64,000 nt of DNA, taken from positions 53,254-117,253 of the forward strand of contig JAKQSI010000070.1 of assembly GCA_029570205.1 (NCBI GenBank), given 5' to 3'. Under the pieces are notes generated by a model, which was given only the letters and a program-made list of their open reading frames with translations, was not told where the DNA came from and made no database searches. The translations under genes and the position numbers were made by a program. Positions 9,698 through 19,641 of the stretch are shown piece after piece (the first letter of the stretch is position 1; the number at the start of each line of letters is the position of its first letter). The DNA is from Candidatus Omnitrophota bacterium (lineage in GTDB: Bacteria > Hinthialibacterota > Hinthialibacteria > Hinthialibacterales > JAKPRU01).

Positions 9698-11542
9698 ATG
9701 AGAATGCCATTCCGTGAAATCCTTCGGGAACGGGTCCTCCTGGCCGATGGAGCGATGGGCACAGAGCTTTACGCCCGGGGCTTCTTTGTCAATCGTTCGT
9801 ATGATGAGTTAAACCTGACCTCGCCGGAAACCATCCTTGGGATTCATGAGCAATATGTTGAGGCGGGAGCGGAGATTCTCACAACCAACACATTCGGGGC
9901 TAATCGAATCCTCCTGAGCGGCTTCGGCCTTGCGGATCGAACCGTGGAGATCAACCGGCGCGGTGTGGAGCTGGCAAAACAAGCCGCCGGGGATGCCGCG
10001 TATATCGCCGGAAGCATAGGGCCGATTCTGGAGAAATTCTACCGTGAAAATGATGAACAAGGCATCCGGGATGCCGTTCAGGAACAATCTTCCGCATTGA
10101 TTGAAAACGGGGTGGATCTCATCCTTCTGGAGACATTTACCTCACCGGAACAGTTGGAGCAAGTTTATCGAGCTGTTCGAGCGACAAACGATGAGATTCC
10201 CATTATTCCGTCCGTTTCCCTGCGCATATTCGATGAATCCCAAAGTGTTTCGCCGGCACAGCTGGTGAAACGAGTCCGGGGGTGGGGATCACAGTTCCTG
10301 GGATTGAACTGCGGCGGTGGCCCGCCGGAAATGCTGGAAATCCTGCCTCTGGTGATCGGTGAAGCGGGGACCGATTTAAGAGTGTCGGTCATGCCGAACG
10401 CGGGCCTGCCCAAAAGCGTGGAGGGCCGGACCCTGTATCTCGCCTCGCCGGAATACATGGCGGAGTACACGCGCCGATTTGTGCAGATCGGCGCGGCGAT
10501 TGTCGGCGGATGCTGCGGAACCACGCCCCGTATGATTAAGGAAATGCGCTCGTTCCTGCGATCCGTCCAGCCCGGCAAGACGGTCTCCATCACCATGTTG
10601 GAGACCAGGGACTCGGACCAATCCATGCCGGCGATTCCCCTGGAGGAACGGACGGCGTTCGGGAAGATCCTCGGGAAGAAATTTGCGGTTTCCGTGGAGC
10701 TCGATCCCCCGAAAGGCATCGAGGCGGAAAAAGCGGTTCAGGGCGCAAAATTTCTTTATGAGCACGGAATCGACGCCGTGAATATCGCCGATGGTCCTCG
10801 CGCAACCGGACGAATGTCGCCGACTGCGCTGGCGACTTTGGTGAAGCGCGAGGTCCCCATTGAAACCATTATTCATGTCTGCTGTCGGGATCGGAACCTG
10901 CTCGCATTGCAGATGGATTTGATCAGCGCAAATGCCCTGGGACTCAAGAACCTGATGCTTATCACCGGCGATCCGCCGAAAATGGGCATATATCCCGATT
11001 CGACTGCCGTGTTCGATCTCGATTCTATCGGCCTGGTTACCTGCACAAATCTATTAAATCACGGGCTGGATTTCGCTCGGCGACCGTTGAACGGTCAAAC
11101 GTCGTTCGTCCTGGGGGTGGGGTGTAATCCGGGCGCGACAGACCTGGAGCGGGAGGTCCGCCGATATGAGCAGAAAGTGGAGGCCGGTGCGGAGTTTGTG
11201 TTCTCGCAACCGGTATATGACAATGCTCTTCTGGAGAATTTCCTCAGAAGGACTGCTCACGTTCGCGCTATTCCGTTTTTCGTTGGGATTCTTCCTTTGG
11301 CAAGCTATAAGAACGCGGAGTTTTTACACAATGAGGTCCCCGGGATGCAGGTCCCGGAGGAAATTCGCGAGCGGATGCGGCTGGCACAAACCAAAGAGGC
11401 CCAGCGCAACGAGGGTCTCCAGATTGCCGCCGAGGTTCTCCGTGAGGCCCGTCGCCTTCCGCAGGTCCGGGGCGCGTACATTTTCCCCCCATTCGGCAAG
11501 TACGAACGCATCCTGGATGTCCTCGAAATGGCCGGGGTGTAA
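9698..11542 (+). CDS. Bifunctional homocysteine S-methyltransferase domain / 5,10-methylenetetrahydrofolate reductase (YitJ-like)
   Basis: N-terminal Hcy-binding pterin-MT fold with GGCCGTTP motif; C-terminal MTHFR domain. Start chosen at MRMPFREIL, so the ORF-track N-terminal 36 aa are probably non-coding. Confidence 0.8.
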   Translation: MRMPFREILRERVLLADGAMGTELYARGFFVNRSYDELNLTSPETILGIHEQYVEAGAEILTTNTFGANRILLSGFGLADRTVEINRRGVELAKQAAGDAAYIAGSIGPILEKFYRENDEQGIRDAVQEQSSALIENGVDLILLETFTSPEQLEQVYRAVRATNDEIPIIPSVSLRIFDESQSVSPAQLVKRVRGWGSQFLGLNCGGGPPEMLEILPLVIGEAGTDLRVSVMPNAGLPKSVEGRTLYLASPEYMAEYTRRFVQIGAAIVGGCCGTTPRMIKEMRSFLRSVQPGKTVSITMLETRDSDQSMPAIPLEERTAFGKILGKKFAVSVELDPPKGIEAEKAVQGAKFLYEHGIDAVNIADGPRATGRMSPTALATLVKREVPIETIIHVCCRDRNLLALQMDLISANALGLKNLMLITGDPPKMGIYPDSTAVFDLDSIGLVTCTNLLNHGLDFARRPLNGQTSFVLGVGCNPGATDLEREVRRYEQKVEAGAEFVFSQPVYDNALLENFLRRTAHVRAIPFFVGILPLASYKNAEFLHNEVPGMQVPEEIRERMRLAQTKEAQRNEGLQIAAEVLREARRLPQVRGAYIFPPFGKYERILDVLEMAGV

Positions 11543-11619
11543 CAGCCCTGAAGGTCTATCTCAGAAGTCTCTGAATCTCCCTCCTCCGAAGATCGAGGGA
11601 GGCCAGATGGGGGTTGAAT

Positions 11620-12585
11620 CTATTCCACCATCCCCAACAGCCACTCCCGGTAGTTCGCAAACATCTCAAAAGGAATATCGACCCGAACCGTATCATCCAG
11701 GCCGGGAATATACCGTCCGGACTCCAGCAGTGGCGGAACCTTGCGCTGCAATTCCCGGATCATCGCCTGCTCACCCTGACGCAGGGTGCGGTTATCAATC
11801 CCGCCCTGCAAAGCAAGATCAGGCCCATATTCTCTGCGGACTTGCAGGTAATCCACTCCCGCCGCACACGCCTGATCTATAAACATGCCGTTGATCCCGC
11901 AATCCATCCACAGTGGAATCAGCGGCAGAATATGGCCGCATGACCATGCAAATCGACGATGAATCCCATGTCTCTCCAATCGCGCGCAAATCCGTCGATA
12001 ACGCGGCTCCAGAAATCGGCGTGCCATTTCGGGCGAAATCACGAGACCGGAGTTGGAGGCAATCGGCTCATAGAGAATCGCATAGTCCGGTTTCACACCC
12101 GCACAAACCCGGTCGATCAGTTCCTCGAGGTATTCCGTATAGAAATCCAGAATGTACCGGACTCGTTCCGGTTCATCCATCAGGAAAAGAATGACCGGCA
12201 CAAAACTGCGGTAGTTGCGAATCCCCAGGATCTGAAACATTCCCTCCGGCCACGGCTCGAAACTGATCAGATGGTCCCGTTTCGCCGCTTCCTTGCACCA
12301 TACAGACCAATTTTCCGGGAACCGGCGTGGGTCGGCGGCATCGTACCAGGTTTCCGGCGAGGGCCAGATTGTGCGGGGATCCTCAGGAGCATCGAATTTC
12401 CGAACCTGGATGGGCACAGATTCATGCCGATCCAGGTCAAAAAACTCCTCCGGCGGACGCTTGTCGAGATATCCTTCGGCGCGCCACAACTCCACCGTAT
12501 CATCCGCAAACTTCGACTCAATCCGGGGCGGGCGATCCACCGGACGACCTTCAAGATATGCGGTAAATCTTTCGCGGGCGTTCAT
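11620..12585 (-). CDS. Uroporphyrinogen-decarboxylase (URO-D) family protein, MtaA/CmuA-like methyltransferase type (not HemE)
   Basis: URO-D fold motifs. Start chosen at MNARERFTAYLEGRPVDRPP by analogy with the paralog at 40236; the upstream 73 aa of the ORF-track call look non-coding. Confidence 0.7.
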   Translation of the reverse strand: MNARERFTAYLEGRPVDRPPRIESKFADDTVELWRAEGYLDKRPPEEFFDLDRHESVPIQVRKFDAPEDPRTIWPSPETWYDAADPRRFPENWSVWCKEAAKRDHLISFEPWPEGMFQILGIRNYRSFVPVILFLMDEPERVRYILDFYTEYLEELIDRVCAGVKPDYAILYEPIASNSGLVISPEMARRFLEPRYRRICARLERHGIHRRFAWSCGHILPLIPLWMDCGINGMFIDQACAAGVDYLQVRREYGPDLALQGGIDNRTLRQGEQAMIRELQRKVPPLLESGRYIPGLDDTVRVDIPFEMFANYREWLLGMVE

Positions 12586-12996
12586 ATTCTTCGCTATCTG
12601 TCTACCCCCCTTCAGCCCCTTTTCTTCGATTTTTAATTTTTTGATCCGGTTCACTCTGTCCGCTATTTTCGTGAAACATCCTTGACCCTGAAGATCGAAT
12701 GTGAGTAGATTGAGCTCGGTCATTCTATCGGAAAGAATCGCCCTTGAGGAGATGATCGTATGAACGAGTCCCTGTCCGCTTCTCCCGGGAGAGCGTCCTC
12801 GCATCCGTCATTCCGGGGAGCGAAGCGACGTGGGAATCTCGCAGTTGCAGCGCACAACATGAGATCGCCACGTCGCGGCCCTTCGCAGACTCAGGAGCCG
12901 CTCCTCGCAATGACGGAACAGGCATTGCTCCCAGGGGAAACCACGGTTCCTTCATCAAATCATCGGCATCGCCGGTCTGCCGCTCGCCATGATTCG

Positions 12997-14379
12997 ATGC
13001 GGTATCCATGGATCTTCGCGACATGTTGCCTGCTGATGGTTTGCGGCGTCTGCCGCGCCGAAAACTGGCCCACCTATCAGCATGATAACCGGAGAACCGC
13101 CATCACATCCGAACGTCTCCAGCCGCCGCTGATACACGCATGGACCTACACCCCCAATCAGGAACCGTGCCCCGCCTGGGATCAATCTCCCGCCAAGCAG
13201 GATTTCTGGCAGGAATTTTTTGACCTGCCTCCCAGGGTGACTTTCGACCGGGCTTATTATGTGGTTTCTGTAGAAGACGGCGTTTATTTCGGCTCATCCG
13301 CGGATGACCGGATTTATTGCCTGGATGCTTCCACGGGCAACGAACGCTGGTCCTATTGCACCGATGCGCCCGTGCGCCTGCCGCCGACTGTGGTGAACGG
13401 CAAACTCTATGCCGGTTCGGATGATGGAAATCTGTATTGCCTCCATGCGCAGGATGGCACGTTGATTTGGAAATACAGGCCTGCGGGAACAGATCGAAGA
13501 ATTATCGGGAATAAAAGAATGATCTCCCTCTGGCCGATCCGCTCCGGCGTTCTTGTGGAGGGAGATACCGCATACTGTGCCGCCGGGCTGTTTCCGCAAG
13601 AGGGCGCGTATCTGTGTGCGGTGGATGCAGCGCAAGGCATGGAAAAATGGAAACGGTCGATGGATGTTTCCCCGCAGGGCTGCCTTCTCGCCTCGACCTC
13701 ACGCCTCTATGTCCCCACCGGCAGGACCAACCCTGCCGCATTCGACCGCGCAACGGGGCAGGCGTTGGGAACCATAGAAGGGAACCGAACCGGCGGAACC
13801 TACGCGCTTATCAGCGAGGAGGCCCTGATCTTCGGTCCTGGAAGTACACGGCAGCTCGAGGCGCACGACCTGGAAACGAAAGACCACATTGCCTCATTCA
13901 ACGGCAATCATGTCCTTATCGCCGCCGATAGAGCCTACCTCCAATCCTCCGGTGAACTCCTGACCATCGACCGAAAAGGGTATTTCGATCGATCGAGAGA
14001 AAAAAGCAAATTGGCAGCCCGCAAGGAGGCCGTTCGAAAACTGATTAGAGAAAAGGGCGAAGACGCCAAAAATGAAAATGGAATCACCTTCAAAGAGGAA
14101 ACACAAATCCTGGACAAAAAAATCGCCGAGAAAAACGAAGAACTTCTTGCCTGTATCCTGTGGCGAAAGCCCTGTCCATACCCGTACAGCCTGATTCTTG
14201 CAGGGGATGTGCTTTATTCCGGCGGTGCGGGAAAAGTCGCCGCGTTCGGAACCACGGATGGAGAGGAAAGCTGGAGCGCTCCCGTCACCGGCAAGGCGTA
14301 TGGTTTGGCCGTGGCAAACGGGCGTCTGCTGGTCAGCACAGATCGCGGCGCCGTTCACTGCTTCACCCCGGCCCGATAA
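12997..14379 (+). CDS. Secreted PQQ-like beta-propeller repeat protein (BamB/YVTN-like) with a coiled-coil, K/E-rich insertion
   Basis: Signal peptide MRYPWIFATCCLLMVCGVCRA. Repeated motifs (DxxIYCLDAxTGxxxW; DGNLYCLHAQDGTLIW). The alternative ATG at 12760 has a GAGGAG RBS, but its 79-aa extension is low-complexity. Confidence 0.6.
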   Translation: MRYPWIFATCCLLMVCGVCRAENWPTYQHDNRRTAITSERLQPPLIHAWTYTPNQEPCPAWDQSPAKQDFWQEFFDLPPRVTFDRAYYVVSVEDGVYFGSSADDRIYCLDASTGNERWSYCTDAPVRLPPTVVNGKLYAGSDDGNLYCLHAQDGTLIWKYRPAGTDRRIIGNKRMISLWPIRSGVLVEGDTAYCAAGLFPQEGAYLCAVDAAQGMEKWKRSMDVSPQGCLLASTSRLYVPTGRTNPAAFDRATGQALGTIEGNRTGGTYALISEEALIFGPGSTRQLEAHDLETKDHIASFNGNHVLIAADRAYLQSSGELLTIDRKGYFDRSREKSKLAARKEAVRKLIREKGEDAKNENGITFKEETQILDKKIAEKNEELLACILWRKPCPYPYSLILAGDVLYSGGAGKVAAFGTTDGEESWSAPVTGKAYGLAVANGRLLVSTDRGAVHCFTPAR

Positions 14380-14497
14380 ACCAAGAAGGAGACATGCCCC
14401 CGTGATAAAAACGACACATTCAATATCCCGCGAAGGCGCTCCAGGGCGCTCCCTCTCCTTCCGGGAGAGGCTCGGGGCAACGGAATCTTGTCCTCCG

Positions 14498-16720
14498 ATG
14501 GTTGGAGTAAGGGTCTTTTCCGTCTTCCTTCTCACCCTCATTGTCTCAGCATCCCCGCTCTCTGCCCCCGACTCCCTCATTTCTGCAGGGCCATACATTC
14601 ATTTTGATCCTGACGGCGCTGTTTCCGTTCTATGGAAAACAACCCAGCCCGCCGACTCCATTGTAGAATTCGGAACCACGCAGGACCTCGGCACAAGGGT
14701 AGCCGATTCCCAACTGACCCGTGACCATACCATCCTCTTGCCGGAACTCCTGCCGGAGACGGATTACTTTTTCCGCGTTCGCAGCCACGCCGGAGAAACT
14801 GAATCGGTCAGCGACATCGAACCGTTCGATTCCACTTTCGAGCGCGTTCCATCCATTTCATGGGAGGAGCGTTCTCCATATCCGAAAGACGCCATGACCG
14901 CTGCGTGCATAGAGACGGCACAAAAGATCCTCCAGCAGACAGGCATCCGAAACGGGTATTGCCTGGTCCTTGGATTCGGCGATGGCCGACTGGCATATCA
15001 ACTTGCGGCACGTTCCAACCTTCGAATCATCGGGATAGACGACAATCCCAAAGCGGTCGCCGACGCGAGGGAGATATTGAAAAACACTGGGGCGTACGGG
15101 TCTCGGATCAGCGTCCATGAAGGCAATCTCAGTTCCCTTCCCTACAGCGACTATTTCGCAAACCTGATCGTCTCGGAAAGAATACTCGCCACAGGAAAGA
15201 TTTGTGGTTCTGCATCGGAATTGTTTCGCCTCCTTCGACCGGATGGCGGAACAGCGTATCTGGGCGCTCCTTCCGCGTCGGGCAAGACTCTGACCTCGTC
15301 GGCATTGAAAGCCTGGGCCGAACAGGGAGGTATTCAGGACTACTCCATCCAGGAAAAGGATGGACTCTGGCTGACTTTTCAACGCCCTGAACTGAACGGC
15401 GCAGGAGAGTGGACCCATACGTATGCCGAGCCGGGCAATACTGCATGTAGTAAAGACACCCGTATCAAACAGCCGACCGAAATCCTCTGGTTTGGCGGGC
15501 CGGGGCCGCGCCTGATGGTGGACCGCCATCACCGCCCCATGTCGTCGTTATATAAGAACGGATGTTCGTTCATACCGGCAAACAATCGGGTGATCGCCAT
15601 TGATGCCTATAACGGCGCACGGCTGTGGGACCTGGATGTTCCGCGATCTCGGCGAATCGGTATCATGCGAGACTGGGGCCAGATGTTCGTGACCGATGAG
15701 TACCTGTACATCGCCGCGAAAGACCGATGCACTGCTGTCGATGTTGCCACCGGCAAACCGTCTCTGTTCTTCGACACGCCTCAGCTGATCGATGGCGAAA
15801 GGCGGCTGTGGGGATATATCGCGGGTGTTGACAATCAGATATTCGGAAGCGGCAAAAAGGAAGGCGCATCACTGTACGAGCTCGCCAAGAGTACCATAGA
15901 AAACCTGATTGAAGGCGATTTCCGCCCCGGGATCACCAGCGATTATCTGTTCTCCCTGGATCGGTTCACCGGTCAAACGCTCTGGACATATCGAAACGGG
16001 GTCATTCTGAACAGCTGTCTGGCAATCGGCGATGGACAGCTGCATTTTGTCGAAAATCGCGGGGCCGCCGCGCTCAGCGACACGGACGGACGAATGAGCA
16101 TTCGAGAGTTCTGCACCGGAGACACATACGTGGTCGCTCTGGACGTAAAAACCGGCGAGAAAGTCTGGGAAAAACGGTTTGAGTTCCCGTTCGAGCAGGT
16201 CCTCTATCTCAGTTTCGCGGATCATATTCTGCTTTCGGTAGGATCGTTCAATGTGGGCAACCATGTGCATTACGGTCTGTTCACATTCGATGCCAAGACG
16301 GGAAAACCGATATGGAATCAGGAATTCGATTCCGGGGATGGTATTGGCGGTTCGCATGGGGAGCAATGGCAGCATCCGGTCATTATCGGCGACAGGATCT
16401 ATTCCAAGCCATACGCCTACAATCTGCATACCGGGGAGAAGAACTCCTTCTACCTCGACCGGGGGGGCAACGGTTGCGGCACAATATCCGGCTGCAATGC
16501 CTATCTCTTTGCGCGGGGAAGAAATCCGCGAATCTATCCTGCGGGAAACGAGAGAACCAGCGGGGAACCTCTGACCACCGTTACCCGTCCCGGGTGTTTC
16601 ATTAACATCATTCCGGCGGGTGGAATGGTGCTGATCCCGGAATCCAGTTCCGGCTGCACATGCGCATTCTCACTTCAGACCTCTGTGGCTCTGATTTCTA
16701 AAAACCGTGCCATAAACTGA
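14498..16720 (+). CDS. Secreted multidomain protein: purple-acid-phosphatase-N/FN3-like domain, then class I SAM-dependent methyltransferase domain, then PQQ-like beta-propeller
   Basis: Signal peptide MVGVRVFSVFLLTLIVSASPLSA; MTase motif LVLGFGDGRLAYQLA...IIGIDDN; C-terminal propeller repeats paralogous to 12997-14379. The ORF-track start at 14198 overlaps the upstream gene. Confidence 0.6.
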   Translation: MVGVRVFSVFLLTLIVSASPLSAPDSLISAGPYIHFDPDGAVSVLWKTTQPADSIVEFGTTQDLGTRVADSQLTRDHTILLPELLPETDYFFRVRSHAGETESVSDIEPFDSTFERVPSISWEERSPYPKDAMTAACIETAQKILQQTGIRNGYCLVLGFGDGRLAYQLAARSNLRIIGIDDNPKAVADAREILKNTGAYGSRISVHEGNLSSLPYSDYFANLIVSERILATGKICGSASELFRLLRPDGGTAYLGAPSASGKTLTSSALKAWAEQGGIQDYSIQEKDGLWLTFQRPELNGAGEWTHTYAEPGNTACSKDTRIKQPTEILWFGGPGPRLMVDRHHRPMSSLYKNGCSFIPANNRVIAIDAYNGARLWDLDVPRSRRIGIMRDWGQMFVTDEYLYIAAKDRCTAVDVATGKPSLFFDTPQLIDGERRLWGYIAGVDNQIFGSGKKEGASLYELAKSTIENLIEGDFRPGITSDYLFSLDRFTGQTLWTYRNGVILNSCLAIGDGQLHFVENRGAAALSDTDGRMSIREFCTGDTYVVALDVKTGEKVWEKRFEFPFEQVLYLSFADHILLSVGSFNVGNHVHYGLFTFDAKTGKPIWNQEFDSGDGIGGSHGEQWQHPVIIGDRIYSKPYAYNLHTGEKNSFYLDRGGNGCGTISGCNAYLFARGRNPRIYPAGNERTSGEPLTTVTRPGCFINIIPAGGMVLIPESSSGCTCAFSLQTSVALISKNRAIN

Positions 16721-16778
16721 TCCGCCCTTCTTTCTTTTTCTCCAATTTTTAATCCTCACAAAACACACGCAAAAAGGA

Positions 16779-16807
16779 TTGACAATTCATCCGATTCAAA
16801 GTACAAG
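16779..16807 (+). promoter_or_regulatory. Candidate promoter TTGACA-N17-TACAAG upstream of the DegT gene
   Basis: Perfect -35 hexamer, 17-nt spacer and a TACAAG -10-like box in an AT-richer intergenic region. The identical architecture recurs at 40078-40106. Confidence 0.35.
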
Positions 16808-16859
16808 TATATAGGAGATCAATTTGGTTTAATACATGTTTTTTAAGGAAGGTTTCGAC

Positions 16860-18134
16860 ATGACTGAGCGACTGGCGATTGAAGGTGGTCCGAAATGTCT
16901 GGAAGGCCCCCTGCCCCATTGGCCCTCCTTTGACGAAAAAACCCTGCAAGCGGTTCTGGAGCCTCTTAAGACGGGAAAAGTGAACTACTGGACCGGACCG
17001 AAAGGGATGGAATTCGAGAAGCGGTTCGCAGAGTGGAACGGCGTAAAATACGCGATCAGCACCACGAACGGAACCAGCGCCCTCCATACAGCGCTGTCTG
17101 GGCTTGGTATCGGGCCGGGAGATGAAGTTATCGTACCCAGTTATACATTCATTGCGTCTTCTTTTTCCATTGTCCAGGCAGGCGCAATCCCGCGTTTCGC
17201 AGATGTCAACCGGGAGGATCACTGCATCAGCGTGGAATCGGCAAAAAAACTGATTAACGAACGCACCAAAGCCATTATGGTGGTTCATCTTTATGGAAAT
17301 GTGGCGGATATGGACCCCATTCTGGCGCTGGCGAACAAGCACAACCTGTTCGTGATCGAGGACAATGCGGAAGCTTACGGCGGGGAATACAAAGGCAAGA
17401 AAACCGGCAGCTTGGGACATGTCGGCGCGTGCAGCTTCTGCCAGAACAAAACCTTCACAACGGGCGGCGAGGGCGGAATGGTTACCACGGATGATGAGGA
17501 AGTTGCCTGGCGTTGCCGCAGCTTCCGGGACCATGGATACGATGTCAAAGAGCGCCTGCGGCTGCTGGAACTGGAGCAGAAACTTCCGTACATCCATACC
17601 CGGCTCGGTTGGAACTACCGGATGACTGAAATGCAGTCTGTCATCGGCCTGTGCGAGCTGGACCGCATCGACTCGTGGAATATGCCGCGACGGCGGCGGA
17701 ACGCGCAGATTCTCATGGATGCCCTCCACGATGTTCCGCAAATCCTTTATTTGCCGGTGGATACACCCGAACGACGGAACGGCTGGTATGTGTTCCCGAT
17801 CACGCTCAAAATGGAGCGCATGAAATGCGATATCCAGGAGTTCCTGGAAGCGTTGGGGGCGGAAGGCGCTCCCTGCTGGAGGGTGTTCTGGCCTCAGTGC
17901 CACACCGAGCAGGCGTTTCGTCAACACAACGGATTCGGCAACACCGGATTCCCGTTTAGAAGCAAGGAATACACTAATCCCGCTTCGGTGGATTACGCCA
18001 CTGTGGAAGTCCCGAACGCGGAATGGCATCAGGATCGAACGTTCATCACCTTTATTTTCCCGACTTACGAAGAGTCACATATACAGGGAATCGCGAAAGC
18101 GATTCGCAAAGTGATCGCTGCTTATGCGAAATAG
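16860..18134 (+). CDS. DegT/DnrJ/EryC1/StrS-family PLP-dependent sugar/aminocyclitol aminotransferase
   Basis: Fold-type I aminotransferase motifs (NGTSALHTAL...PSYTF, EDNAEAYG); AAGGAAGG RBS 8 nt upstream of MTERLAIEGG. Confidence 0.85.
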   Translation: MTERLAIEGGPKCLEGPLPHWPSFDEKTLQAVLEPLKTGKVNYWTGPKGMEFEKRFAEWNGVKYAISTTNGTSALHTALSGLGIGPGDEVIVPSYTFIASSFSIVQAGAIPRFADVNREDHCISVESAKKLINERTKAIMVVHLYGNVADMDPILALANKHNLFVIEDNAEAYGGEYKGKKTGSLGHVGACSFCQNKTFTTGGEGGMVTTDDEEVAWRCRSFRDHGYDVKERLRLLELEQKLPYIHTRLGWNYRMTEMQSVIGLCELDRIDSWNMPRRRRNAQILMDALHDVPQILYLPVDTPERRNGWYVFPITLKMERMKCDIQEFLEALGAEGAPCWRVFWPQCHTEQAFRQHNGFGNTGFPFRSKEYTNPASVDYATVEVPNAEWHQDRTFITFIFPTYEESHIQGIAKAIRKVIAAYAK

Positions 18135-18164
18135 GTGATGGACAAGCCGCATGGATGAAGTGAA

Positions 18165-19559
18165 ATGAGTCAATATGAAGTCGGTTTTTCTGTGATCGAA
18201 TTCACTCCGCCGGTCGGCACACCGATCGGGGGGAATTTCCGCGCGGATTACGCCTCTCGTGGGGTGATTGAGCCTCTGCTGGCAAATGCCATGGTGGTGC
18301 GCGATGAAAACAGCGCCGTTGCCATGGTTTCCGCCGACCTGCTGACCGTCCCGGAAAGTATGATTGAGAAGATCCGGCAAAGGGTTTCCCAGCGATGTCC
18401 TTTGCCAAGTGAGAATATCCTCATCGCGGCGACCCACACCCACAGCGGACCGGCTACGCTGGAACTGACAGACGGCCATCTTGCTTCGGAAGAAATTCTT
18501 CAGAGTATTACCCAGTCCATCGCCGATGCCGTTGTGAAAGCCTACCGGGCAATGGAACCCTCCATTATTCGCCTCTCGCGATTTACGGAAGATTCCCTCG
18601 TATTCAATCGCCGATTACGGATGAAAGACGGCTCGGTGCGCATGAACTGGGAGAAGCTGAACCCGTCCGACATCGACGCTCCCCTCGGCCCGACCGACCC
18701 GGAAGGATTTATGGTTTCCGTATCGAATAACGGGCGGTTGCGGGGCTTGCTGATTAACTATGCCCTCCATCCGGCGGTCCTGGCCGGAGAGAACTGGAAC
18801 CTGGGACCGGACTGGCCGGGATTCCTCCGTGAAGCTCTCGCGCGATACGTCGGCGGAGATATCCCTATACTTTACTTCAACGGAACGCAGGGAAATATCA
18901 ATCACGTGGATGCCTGGGATCCGCTGCAGGGTCGCGGACTGAAAGAGGCTCAGCGAATCGGGTATGTGCTGGCAACTGCGGCGGTTTCTTCCTCATTTCA
19001 CATGCAGAGAATTGACGGTCCGGTGGAGGTTTCCGGTGAGGATCTTCTTATGAATCGTCGCCGGATTTCCACCCAGGCGGTCGCCGAGGCGGAAAAACAA
19101 CTGGCCGCTTTGGGAACCCTGACGGTGCAGGGACAGGAGGATGGAATGCCGGCCTGGTTTTTTGATAAAGAGCTCGTGGAACACGCGAAACGGCAGAACG
19201 AACCGGTTTCCCTGGAGGTGCAGACAATCCGAATCGGTGATATTGGTTTTGTCGGGTTCCCCGGTGAGTTCTTCGTGGAATACGGACTCGAACTGAAACG
19301 GCATTCCCCGGCTGAATTCACCATTCCCCTGGGGCTTGCCAATGGTGAGGTCGGATATGTCCCCACTCCCGAAGCCCTGGAACAGGGCGGGTATGAAGGG
19401 ATGACTTGGCGATACAACCAGTTGGAAGCAGATGCCGGTGAGAAAGTGGTCCATTCGGCGATTCGACAAATGGAAAGACTTTTCGAGAGAGGACGAGTTG
19501 TTCCGAGAGTTGCCGAAATCATGGACATCCCGCGACACGAATACAAAGTCGGCGCATAA
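18165..19559 (+). CDS. Neutral/alkaline ceramidase-like amidohydrolase (catalytic domain only; no signal peptide)
   Basis: IAATHTHSGP motif resembling the ceramidase zinc-site HTHSGP; ~460 aa, lacks the C-terminal tail domain of eukaryotic-type neutral ceramidases. Confidence 0.7.
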   Translation: MSQYEVGFSVIEFTPPVGTPIGGNFRADYASRGVIEPLLANAMVVRDENSAVAMVSADLLTVPESMIEKIRQRVSQRCPLPSENILIAATHTHSGPATLELTDGHLASEEILQSITQSIADAVVKAYRAMEPSIIRLSRFTEDSLVFNRRLRMKDGSVRMNWEKLNPSDIDAPLGPTDPEGFMVSVSNNGRLRGLLINYALHPAVLAGENWNLGPDWPGFLREALARYVGGDIPILYFNGTQGNINHVDAWDPLQGRGLKEAQRIGYVLATAAVSSSFHMQRIDGPVEVSGEDLLMNRRRISTQAVAEAEKQLAALGTLTVQGQEDGMPAWFFDKELVEHAKRQNEPVSLEVQTIRIGDIGFVGFPGEFFVEYGLELKRHSPAEFTIPLGLANGEVGYVPTPEALEQGGYEGMTWRYNQLEADAGEKVVHSAIRQMERLFERGRVVPRVAEIMDIPRHEYKVGA

Positions 19560-19641
19560 GTCCGTCTGATTCTTCTGTCCTTTTCGTTCTTGCGGTATCA
19601 TCTTTCAAGAATCCAACGACAAATTCCAGGAGTCGTTCACT

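Noticed and set aside
12760-12996. Upstream ATG start with GAGGAG RBS for the PQQ-propeller gene
   Set aside because: Would add a 79-aa Ser/Arg/Pro-rich low-complexity extension ahead of a clear signal peptide; kept as an alternative, not primary.
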